DNA from: Dehalococcoidia bacterium
GTDB lineage: Bacteria > Chloroflexota > Dehalococcoidia > GIF9 > UBA5629
Length of the DNA: 64,000 nucleotides
Assembly (NCBI GenBank): GCA_050011565.1
Contig: JBEKIW010000001.1
Span: forward strand, 352,001 to 416,000
Direction: 5' to 3'
Both the position numbers and the translations under genes were made by a program. Positions within the stretch are counted from its first letter, which is position 1. The number at the start of each line of letters is the position of its first letter. Of the stretch, positions 29,929 to 38,007 are shown in pieces. The notes under the pieces were generated by a model. That model was not told the origin of the DNA and searched no databases. It was given only the letters and a program-made list of their open reading frames with translations.

Positions 29929-30572
29929 AAGAGTTAGAAGTAAGCGGAAAATCGGTTGACGAGGCTATTCAGACAGCGCTGGAGCAATTGGGCGTCAGTG
30001 AGGACAAGGTAGAAGTGACGGTGTTGAAAAAGGGTAGGTCGGGAGTTTTGGGGATGGGAGTTGAGGAAGCCAAGATTAAGGTTAGACTAAAACTGGAGCC
30101 TGGTGAAAAGGCTGATGCAGTCGAGGTGGCTAAAGAGGTCTTAGAGACGCTAATTAAATTGATGAAGATAACGGCAGAAGTTTCTGTGCTTCAGGCAAGT
30201 ACAGGTGAATTGCCGGTGACTCTTAATATTGAGGGCGAGGACCTCGGGGTCTTGATTGGCCGTCGTGGTCAGGCTCTGGCTTCTCTGCAGTACGTTGTCA
30301 GACTAATAGTTGCTGAGAAGTTGAAGGTGTGGATACCGATAAATGTTGATATTGCTGGCTATAAAAAACGCCGGTACGAGTCGTTGCAGAACCTGGCTTT
30401 GCGGTTGGCAGAACAGGTGAAAAGGAGCCGACGTCTAATAATGCTTGAACCTATGCCGGCAGATGAACGGCGGATTATTCATTTAGCTTTGGCTGACCAT
30501 CCGGATGTCACCACCCAGAGCATGGGTGAAGGTGATATGCGGAAAGTAGCTATTCTATTGAAGAAGCATTAG
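29925..30572 (+). CDS. jag: RNA-binding protein Jag/KhpB (Jag-N, KH, R3H)
   Basis: GKSVDEAI..AL, LIGRRGQ.L..LQY, LEPM...ERRIIH.AL. Confidence 0.95.
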   Translation: MKELEVSGKSVDEAIQTALEQLGVSEDKVEVTVLKKGRSGVLGMGVEEAKIKVRLKLEPGEKADAVEVAKEVLETLIKLMKITAEVSVLQASTGELPVTLNIEGEDLGVLIGRRGQALASLQYVVRLIVAEKLKVWIPINVDIAGYKKRRYESLQNLALRLAEQVKRSRRLIMLEPMPADERRIIHLALADHPDVTTQSMGEGDMRKVAILLKKH

Positions 30573-30574
30573 GC

Positions 30575-33500
30575 ATGTTCCGACCGGTAAACAGCAAAAT
30601 TAACTTCCCTCAGCTAGAAAAAACCATCCTCTATTTCTGGAAAACACATAAAATCTTCGAAAAAAGCCTCGAGAGCCGAGTTGGCGCCCCTCAGTTCGCC
30701 TTCTACGAGGGACCACCAACAGCTAATGGCAGCCCGGGAATTCATCATGTGCTGTCACGTGTGTTTAAAGATGTTATCCCCAGATATAAGACGATGAAAG
30801 GCTACTACGCCCCGCGTAAAGCAGGCTGGGACACTCACGGTCTGCCGGTTGAGTTGGAAATAGAGAAGATGCTGGGCTTTACCAGCAAGGCACAAATAGA
30901 GCAGTATGGGGTAGCTAAATTCAACGCCCATTGCCGTGAAAGCGTTTTCGGCTATCTCAAGGAATGGGAATCGATGACCGAGCGTATAGGCTTCTGGCTG
31001 GACCTGGAACACGCCTACAAAACCCTGGAAAATACCTACATCGAGTCTTGCTGGTGGGCGCTGAAACAGTTATGGGATAAGGGCTTGATTTACCAGGGCT
31101 ATAGAGTTACGCCACATTGCCCACGATGCGGCACATCTCTCAGTTCGCACGAGGTGGCTCTGGGCTATAGAGATGATGCCGAAGACCCCTCGATTTACAT
31201 AAAGTTCAAACTTTTTCCTAATTCACTGCGTAAAAGTACAGAATTGCATTCTCTTCTGGCGTCGGCTACTTTAGCCAAGCCCGTTTTTTTCTTGGCCTGG
31301 ACAACGACCCCCTGGACGCTGCCGGGTAATACCGCTCTGGCAGTAGCCGCTGAGGCACAATATAGTATCATGGAAGGCGCTGACGACTATTTGATTTTAG
31401 CCACGGCGCTTGTAGAGAAAGTCCAGCTTGAGGGCTACAAATCAATTAAAGTCGTTTCCGGTAGGAACCTCGTTGGGTCCAAGTACCAGCCGTTATTTAG
31501 TCCCCACGACTTCGGTGTTGAAAGAAGGCGTTTCGGCGCCCGTAATGATGACGAGAGCCTGTCTTATGAGATGTTAACCTTACAGCCAGAGGACAAGAAT
31601 TTAGCATACCCGGTGATTTCAGGTGACTTTGTCTCAATGGAAGAGGGCACCGGCATCGTTCATATTGCTCCCGCCTTCGGTGAAGTTGATTTTGACGTCG
31701 GTAAGAGGGAAGGGCTGGATTTTGTGCAACCCGTAGAACTGGATGGGAAGGTAACCGGCACTTTTTCTTTTGCGGGTAAATTTGTCAAGGATGCCGACCC
31801 CCTCGTTCTCGAAAACCTCAAATCAAGGGGGTTGCTTTATCGCAGCGGGCGTATAGTTCATACTTATCCATTTTGCTGGCGTTGTGAGTCACCGCTCCTC
31901 TACTTTGCCAAGAGGAGCTGGTATATCAGGACATCGCTTAAAAAAGAAGCACTTATTTCCGGAAATGATGCAATCAACTGGTATCCGGAACATATAAAGT
32001 ATGGTCGATTTGGCAATTGGCTGGAGAATAATGTTGACTGGGCTTTTTCTCGAGAGCGGTACTGGGGAACACCGCTAAATGTCTGGAATTGCTCCCAATG
32101 TGGCAACTACGAATGTGTCGGAAGCCTCGAGGAGTTGAAAGCGAAACCGAATATTCAAGGTCTGGTCGAGCCGCTGGACTTGCATCGTCCTTTTGTGGAT
32201 GATATTACCTTTTCTTGTTCCAAGTGCGGCGGCAAAATGGTGCGGCAAACTGAAGTGATTGATTGCTGGTTCGACTCGGGCGCTATGCCCTTCGCACAGT
32301 GGCATTATCCATTTGAAAATCAGGATACCTTTAAACAGAATTTCCCTGCTGACTATATATCCGAAGCGGTTGACCAGACACGCGGATGGTTTTACAGCTT
32401 ACATGCCATATCGACGCTCCTCTTTGAGCGACCTTGCTTCAAGAATGTTATTTGTCTGGGACACATACTCGATGCCGAAGGCGAGAAGATGAGCAAAGCG
32501 AAGGGAAATGTGGTTGACCCGTGGTCAGTGCTTGACAAGTACGGTGCTGATGCTCTGCGCTGGTATCTATTTACGGCTGCCCCGGCGGGCAATGTCCGCC
32601 GCTTTTCCAGTGATGCTGTGGCCGAGGTGCTGCGCAATTTTCTGCTTACCTTGTGGAACGTCTATTCCTTTTTCGTCGTCTATGCCAATATTGACCACTT
32701 TAATCCCAAGGCAGCAGGTAAACTGTCGCTTTCGGACCTGGACAGATGGATTCTTTCCAGGCTTAATCAGCTTATTGCTGACGTAGATGGGGCTTTGGAT
32801 AATTATGACCCCACTTCGGCGGGACGGAAGCTTGAGGCCTTTATTGACGAACTTTCTAACTGGTATGTGAGGCGGAGCCGCCGCCGATTCTGGAAAAGTC
32901 AGAGCGACGCGGACAAGCTGGCTGCTTATTCGACGTTATATCATTGTCTGGTTACCCTATCAAAACTTCTGGCTCCCTTTACGCCGTTTGTAGCTGACGA
33001 GATTTATAGGAATCTGGTTGGCTCAGTTGAGCCTGAAGCTGCGGAAAGCGTGCACCTGTCTAACTATCCTGTTGCTGACCTTTCTCAGATTGATGAGAAG
33101 CTTGTTGAAGCTACCAACCTGGTTATGACAGTTTGTAGTCTGGGGCGTGCCGCTAGGGCGAAAGCTGGCGTAAAGGTGCGCCAACCCCTGGCAAAGGCAT
33201 TGGTCAAAGTGAAATCAGCCGGAGAAAAGAAAGCTTTGCAGAAGCTAACCCATCAGATATTGGACGAACTCAATGTCAAAGAAGTGGATTTTCGTGAAGC
33301 AGAAGAGATTAGTGACAGACCTGGTTACGCTTCTGCCGCTGAGGGTGACTACTGTGTGGCAGTGGCAACTGAATTGTCGCCTGAATTAGAGGCTGAAGGG
33401 ATGGCCAGAGAGGTAGTACGGCGTTTGCAGACCATGCGCCGCTCAGCAGGTCTGGACATCGCCGACCATATCGTTACCTATTATGATGGTGGGGATTCAA

Positions 33501-33652
33501 TTCAGCTGGTTATGAACAAATTCGCCGACTATATCAAGCAGGAAACGTTGACCCGGGAGCTCGTTTCGGCAGTGCCTCCCGATGGAAGTTATATCGAAAA
33601 GTTTCGCATTTCCAGTTACGAAATCTCACTGTGCATCAAGAAGGCAGCCTGA
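30575..33652 (+). CDS. ileS: Isoleucine--tRNA ligase, type 2
   Basis: EGPPTANG, GWDTHGLPVE, AWTTTPWTLP, SRERYWGTP, DQTRGWFY, KMSKA; IleRS2-type C-terminus (EG.AREVVRR.Q..R). Confidence 0.97.
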   Translation: MFRPVNSKINFPQLEKTILYFWKTHKIFEKSLESRVGAPQFAFYEGPPTANGSPGIHHVLSRVFKDVIPRYKTMKGYYAPRKAGWDTHGLPVELEIEKMLGFTSKAQIEQYGVAKFNAHCRESVFGYLKEWESMTERIGFWLDLEHAYKTLENTYIESCWWALKQLWDKGLIYQGYRVTPHCPRCGTSLSSHEVALGYRDDAEDPSIYIKFKLFPNSLRKSTELHSLLASATLAKPVFFLAWTTTPWTLPGNTALAVAAEAQYSIMEGADDYLILATALVEKVQLEGYKSIKVVSGRNLVGSKYQPLFSPHDFGVERRRFGARNDDESLSYEMLTLQPEDKNLAYPVISGDFVSMEEGTGIVHIAPAFGEVDFDVGKREGLDFVQPVELDGKVTGTFSFAGKFVKDADPLVLENLKSRGLLYRSGRIVHTYPFCWRCESPLLYFAKRSWYIRTSLKKEALISGNDAINWYPEHIKYGRFGNWLENNVDWAFSRERYWGTPLNVWNCSQCGNYECVGSLEELKAKPNIQGLVEPLDLHRPFVDDITFSCSKCGGKMVRQTEVIDCWFDSGAMPFAQWHYPFENQDTFKQNFPADYISEAVDQTRGWFYSLHAISTLLFERPCFKNVICLGHILDAEGEKMSKAKGNVVDPWSVLDKYGADALRWYLFTAAPAGNVRRFSSDAVAEVLRNFLLTLWNVYSFFVVYANIDHFNPKAAGKLSLSDLDRWILSRLNQLIADVDGALDNYDPTSAGRKLEAFIDELSNWYVRRSRRRFWKSQSDADKLAAYSTLYHCLVTLSKLLAPFTPFVADEIYRNLVGSVEPEAAESVHLSNYPVADLSQIDEKLVEATNLVMTVCSLGRAARAKAGVKVRQPLAKALVKVKSAGEKKALQKLTHQILDELNVKEVDFREAEEISDRPGYASAAEGDYCVAVATELSPELEAEGMAREVVRRLQTMRRSAGLDIADHIVTYYDGGDSIQLVMNKFADYIKQETLTRELVSAVPPDGSYIEKFRISSYEISLCIKKAA

Positions 33653-33675
33653 AGGTTGTTACCAAGTTACCTGTC

Positions 33676-34803
33676 TTAGCCACCCGGGGAAGGACTTTGT
33701 ATCAAGCGGACACTTGTTGTCTTTGTCTCGTTGCCTCTAACGAAGGTTATGGTGACTTCATCTCCAATTTGCGATTCGTGTATGGTGTTTATTAGGTCCT
33801 CAGCCGTAGTTGCCTCTTTACCATTGAATCTAGTGATTACATCAAACTCCTGCAAGCCCGCTTCTGCCGCCGGGCTACCTGGCTTCACGTAGGCTACAAC
33901 CACACCCTGGTTAACCGGTAGGCGGTTAATCGTGGCGACGTATTGGTCGACAGTATACAGTGTGACCCCAAGCCAGGGACGGACTATATAGCCTTGTGTA
34001 ATTAACTGTTCGATGATCGGTATGGCGGTTTTGGCGCTTATAGCATAGCCTAAGCCTTCGACTCCAACCGCAGCCACTTTGGCGCTGGTGATACCGATGA
34101 CCTCAGCTTTCATATTGACCAAAGGGCCGCCGCTATTACCTGGATTAATAGCCGCCGAGGTTTCAATCAGGTCATCCAGAGTCTGCCCTTGCTCCACTTC
34201 TAAAGATACTCTCAGGCCACTTACAGTGCCTTCTTTAGCTCTTATTCCTTCACCTAAAGGATTGCCGATGGCTACTACCCAGTCTCCGACTCTAAGCTTT
34301 GTTGAGTCACCCACACTGGCTGCGGGCAAGTTATTGGCATCAATCTTTATAACGGCCAGGTCTGTCAACTGGTCTGTGTTTATGTTTTTGGGGTCTACCT
34401 CAAAGGTTCTGCCGTCGCTTAATTCTACGGTTACCTTTTTAGCTCCCTCGACGACATGGTTATTAGTCACAATTATGCCATCTTTGTCTATAATCCAGCC
34501 CGAGCCGGCGCCTTTTTGTGTAAGAGGTGTTCGAAACACGTCCATAGTCACAACTTCGGTATTTATTGCCACTACTGAGGGGTAGACCTTCTCAACTACG
34601 TCAGCAATGCTGGGTAGTGTTGGTGCCTCGGTTTGTGGTTGTGGCGGCGACCAACCTGTGTCGAGCGGTTGTTTGGGAGTGGACGTCGCTGGCGTTTGGT
34701 TTTGTGGGGGTGATGGCGCCGTAACATTGGGCACTGTGATTACACAGCCAGTCATGCTTACTACCAAACTCAACATTAATAAGACGATTAAGACTTGTTT
34801 CAT
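33676..34803 (-). CDS. HtrA/DegP-like serine protease with a PDZ domain (lipoprotein)
   Basis: Lipobox MTGC, Pro-rich linker, GSG.II, TNNHVV, DLAVIK, INPGNSGGPL, C-terminal PDZ domain. Confidence 0.93.
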   Translation of the reverse strand: MKQVLIVLLMLSLVVSMTGCVITVPNVTAPSPPQNQTPATSTPKQPLDTGWSPPQPQTEAPTLPSIADVVEKVYPSVVAINTEVVTMDVFRTPLTQKGAGSGWIIDKDGIIVTNNHVVEGAKKVTVELSDGRTFEVDPKNINTDQLTDLAVIKIDANNLPAASVGDSTKLRVGDWVVAIGNPLGEGIRAKEGTVSGLRVSLEVEQGQTLDDLIETSAAINPGNSGGPLVNMKAEVIGITSAKVAAVGVEGLGYAISAKTAIPIIEQLITQGYIVRPWLGVTLYTVDQYVATINRLPVNQGVVVAYVKPGSPAAEAGLQEFDVITRFNGKEATTAEDLINTIHESQIGDEVTITFVRGNETKTTSVRLIQSPSPGG

Positions 34804-34979
34804 GATAACCTTCCTGTTATTCAAAGTGCGGGAATTTTAGCACAAGCTTCCTTTTGATACAAAACTGACTTGATTCCTACGATTGGCTGGTACATAATGA
34901 TTGACTGGCTAACAAGACAACAGGACAGCGATTCAGGTCTTGAAACTCACGGTCAATATTTAAATCGGAGACATGCAAG

Positions 34980-35753
34980 TTGAAAGTGCAAATTCTAGGT
35001 GCACACAGCGGGGAGGTTAAGGGTCTGCGGATGGTATCCCTTCTTATTGATGGCATTCTAGCTTTGGATGCCGGCGGTCTTACCTCGAGCCTGTCTCTGT
35101 CGGAGCAGCAAAGGGTGAGAGCAGTTTTGCTCACGCATCATCACTTCGACCATAGCCGAGATTTGGTTACGCTTGGAGCCAATGGCGCCACATTCCCATC
35201 ACCGGTTGATATATATGCCTTGAGCCAGACTTTGGACGTCCTGAACTTCTGCCTTCTAGACGGCAAGATGTATGCTGACTTCTCTAAATGGCCGTCCAGG
35301 GAGAAGCCTTGTCTGCAGCTAAAAGTAATAGAGCCGCTGCAGCCGCAAAATATTCTTGGCTATGACGTATTACCAGTGCCGGTACGGCATGCAGTGCCCT
35401 CTGTAGGATTTCAGATTACATCTAAGGATGGAAAGAGTCTGTTCTATACCGGTGATACAGGTCCCGGGCTGGAAGCTTGCTGGCAGCATATTTCGCCTCG
35501 GTTGCTCATAATTGAGGTCTCCGGCATAAACAAGTCTCAGGACTTTCTTAAAAGCGTCGGTCATTTATCACCCGAGCTTCTTAAAGAGGAGCTGATACAG
35601 TTCCGTCAAACTAAAGGATATTTGCCACGAATAGTTGTCATTCATATCCCTCCGCAGGCTGAGAGAGAGGTCAGGCAGGAGGTAAAAAGAGTAGCTCGGG
35701 AACTTAAAATACGTATAGATATTGGCTACGAAGGTATGAAAATTACCCTCTAG
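34980..35753 (+). CDS. MBL-fold metallo-hydrolase, class II cyclic-nucleotide phosphodiesterase-like
   Basis: KVQILGAHSGE, LDAG.LT..LSL.EQ, THHHFDH, H.VP.VG, YTGDTGP, GHL.P. Confidence 0.8.
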   Translation: MKVQILGAHSGEVKGLRMVSLLIDGILALDAGGLTSSLSLSEQQRVRAVLLTHHHFDHSRDLVTLGANGATFPSPVDIYALSQTLDVLNFCLLDGKMYADFSKWPSREKPCLQLKVIEPLQPQNILGYDVLPVPVRHAVPSVGFQITSKDGKSLFYTGDTGPGLEACWQHISPRLLIIEVSGINKSQDFLKSVGHLSPELLKEELIQFRQTKGYLPRIVVIHIPPQAEREVRQEVKRVARELKIRIDIGYEGMKITL

Positions 35754-35798
35754 CCTCACCCTTATCAAGCTCCACCAAAGTCTAAATCTGGGCTACAA

Positions 35799-35836
35799 TT
35801 CCCCCTCCCCCGGTGTGGGAGCAGGGGGAAGGGGAA
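35799..35836. terminator. GC-rich hairpin between convergent genes (bidirectional terminator or REP-like palindrome)
   Basis: TTCCCC-CT-CCCCC...GGGGG-AA-GGGGAA inverted repeat. Confidence 0.55.
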
Positions 35837-35862
35837 CTGAAAATAGTTTTTTTACGCTTGAA

Positions 35863-37236
35863 CTATGCCTCTACGTACTCTACCTTGGGCAGATGCGTCA
35901 AGGCTTCTTTCACTTTCTCTGCGGGATAATCATAATCCTGAAGCTTTCCGCTGAGATACTCGTCGTAAGCCGCCAGGTCGAAATGTCCATGACCGCTGAG
36001 GGCGAGTAGTATGGTTTTGGACTCGCCAGACTTCTTACAAGCCAGCGCTTCGTCTATGACTACTCTTATGGCGTGGTTTGGCTCCGGCGCCGGGATGATG
36101 CCCTCGGTGCGAGCGAACTGAACGCCCGCCTGGAAGGTTGCCACCTGGGGCACTGCCTTAGCTTCGACAAATCCTAGCTTGTGAAGATGGCTGATTATCG
36201 GCGCCATGCCGTGGTAGCGAAGTCCGCCGGCGTGGATTCCAGGTGGAATGAAGGTATGGCCTAAGGTGAACATTTTAGCAATTGGCGCCATTCCGCAGAC
36301 ATCACCGTAATCCCAGGCATACATCCCTTTGGTTATGCTGGGGCAGGCTTGAGGTTCTACGTTGATGATGCGCAGGTCCGGCTTTTTGCCTTGGATTTTA
36401 TCCTTTACGAAGGGCAAGAACATGCCCGCGAAGTTGCTGCCGCCACCGATACAGCCCACGATGATATCAGGATAGAGGCCTGCCTTCTCCATCTGTTTCT
36501 TGGCCTCTTCACCGATTATTGTCTGGTGTAGCAGGACAGAGTTGATGACGCTGCCTATGGAATAATAAGTGTCCTCGCGGCCGAAGGCGTCCTCTATAGC
36601 CTCGCTTATGGCGATAGCCAAGCTTCCCGGTGAATTGGGGTCCTCAGCCAGAATTTTGCGCCCTATTTCGGTGTCCTGACTGGGGCTGGGCACACACTTG
36701 GCTCCCCAGGTCTCCATCAATATACGGCGGTAGGGCTTCTGGTTATAGCTCACCTTGACCATATATACCTTGCATTCGATGCCAAAGAAGGCACAGCCCA
36801 ATGCCAGAGCACTGCCCCACTGGCCGGCACCGGTCTCAGTAGCGAAGCGCTTTATGCCGTCTTTCTTGCCGTAGTAGGCTTGGGCCACAGCCGTGTTCAA
36901 CTTGTGGCTGCCAGCCGGGCTAACCCCCTCATATTTATAGAAGATTTTAGCCGGCGTATCGAGCGCCTTTTCCAGGCGGTAGGCGCGAATTACGGGCGTT
37001 GGCCGCCACAGCTTGTAAATATCCAGCACCTCGTCGGGGATTTCGATGTTTCTCTCTTTGCTGAATTCCTGCTCCTGCATACCTTTGGAGAAAAGTGGGG
37101 GAGGTAGTGGAGTAGGTTGCCCGGTCCCCGGGTGCAGCAGCGGTGGTAGCGGCTTGGGTAGGTCGGGCAAGATGTTGTACCACGTTGTGGGCATTTCCTT
37201 TTCGGTTAGTGTGATTTTGGTTTCTTGACCTTTCAT
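35863..37236 (-). CDS. trpB2: TrpB2-type PLP enzyme (tryptophan synthase beta-like)
   Basis: [61 protein letters not shown]. Confidence 0.95.
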   Translation of the reverse strand: MKGQETKITLTEKEMPTTWYNILPDLPKPLPPLLHPGTGQPTPLPPPLFSKGMQEQEFSKERNIEIPDEVLDIYKLWRPTPVIRAYRLEKALDTPAKIFYKYEGVSPAGSHKLNTAVAQAYYGKKDGIKRFATETGAGQWGSALALGCAFFGIECKVYMVKVSYNQKPYRRILMETWGAKCVPSPSQDTEIGRKILAEDPNSPGSLAIAISEAIEDAFGREDTYYSIGSVINSVLLHQTIIGEEAKKQMEKAGLYPDIIVGCIGGGSNFAGMFLPFVKDKIQGKKPDLRIINVEPQACPSITKGMYAWDYGDVCGMAPIAKMFTLGHTFIPPGIHAGGLRYHGMAPIISHLHKLGFVEAKAVPQVATFQAGVQFARTEGIIPAPEPNHAIRVVIDEALACKKSGESKTILLALSGHGHFDLAAYDEYLSGKLQDYDYPAEKVKEALTHLPKVEYVEA

Positions 37237-37280
37237 TTTTCTCCTTTAAATTTTTAATACATGATAGTTTTAGCCAGTTG

Positions 37281-37322
37281 TCATTGGCCCTCGGGGGGCC
37301 ACATCCATCTAATTATTGTCAT
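37281..37322 (-). CDS. Putative Trp-containing leader peptide MTIIRWMWPPEGQ
   Basis: GAAGGAGG SD 8 nt before the ATG; two UGG codons; lies between the T-box terminator and trpB2. Confidence 0.5.
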   Translation of the reverse strand: MTIIRWMWPPEGQ

Positions 37323-37345
37323 TTACATAACCTCCTTCAAAATAC

Positions 37346-37375
37346 AAAGCCTCTCGCCTAAGGGGCGAGAGGCTT
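37346..37375 (-). terminator. T-box intrinsic terminator
   Basis: AAGCCTCTCGCC-cctta-GGCGAGAGGCTT followed by a T-rich tail on the minus strand. Confidence 0.88.
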
Positions 37376-37620
37376 AATCTTCGCGGTGCCACCCTTATTG
37401 GTCTTTCGACCATCTCATTCAGGTACCGCTATAACATACTATACCGATACCCCAGGTTATAATAACGCTACCCTTTGCGTCAAAGCCTACTCGTGCTAGT
37501 TCAGCCTTTCGGTTTGCGGCTCCCAGGTCCATTCAGCTTTTGCGCTCGCGTCAGCTTCCACCTTGCCTGACTCTCTATAGCTTCGCTTAAAGGCCTACTA
37601 GTCCTGTTCCCAGCCTTTGC
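37346..37620 (-). ncRNA. T-box riboswitch, Trp-specific
   Basis: Stem I with GA-motif, AGAGA and GGTGGAA elements; specifier GAA-TGG-ACC (UGG at 37529-37531); T-box AAGGGTGGCACCGCG (37382-37396). The variable base C matches G73 of tRNA-Trp. Antiterminator and terminator overlap. Confidence 0.95.
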
Positions 37621-37638
37621 TTTATTAAATTGGCAGGT

Positions 37639-37667
37639 ATTGTAAGTGTTTGTTTGTGGTTTGTCAA
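37639..37667 (-). promoter_or_regulatory. sigma70 promoter of the T-box/trpB2 transcript
   Basis: TTGACA-N17-TACAAT. Confidence 0.75.
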
Positions 37668-37740
37668 GTTTTGTATTAGTTTCATTTTCATTTGAATCCG
37701 GTCTCGTCAAGTGGTTGGGTTAGTGAGAGGTGGCAAAAGC

Positions 37741-37829
37741 TGTAATGCTGAGGGAGCTAAGCTACTGAGGAATATCGCCTGAACTGAATTCTACAACCAC
37801 TGAGATTCTTCGCTGTGCTCAGAATAACA
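37741..37829. repeat. Degenerate REP/MITE-like palindromic element
   Basis: Ends TGTAATGCTGAG and CTCAGAATAACA are imperfect inverted repeats (10/12). The right arm is GAGATTCTTCGCTGTGCTCAGAATAACA. Confidence 0.6.
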
Positions 37830-37860
37830 GAAGACAACGGCGGAAATTCAGATATCTGAC

Positions 37861-37917
37861 ATTTGGTCATTTGTGCTTAGTATTTGTTTTGAATTCGGAA
37901 TTTGGTACTTGGGATTT
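37861..37917 (+). repeat. ~7-nt periodic ATTTGG-type repeat tract (left copy)
   Basis: Shares exact GGAATTTGGTACTT (37897-37910) and GTATTTGTTT with 41962-41985. Confidence 0.6.
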
Positions 37918-38007
37918 AATGTGTGGACTGTGTAACTTGACATATTGTGTGAAAGATAGTAGAAATATTGTACTCATATATTACAGCTTCGAAAGGGTAG
38001 GAGGCAG

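Noticed and set aside
37501-37710. 69-aa ORF on the minus strand
   Set aside because: It coincides with the T-box stem I and its promoter; non-coding structure explains the region.
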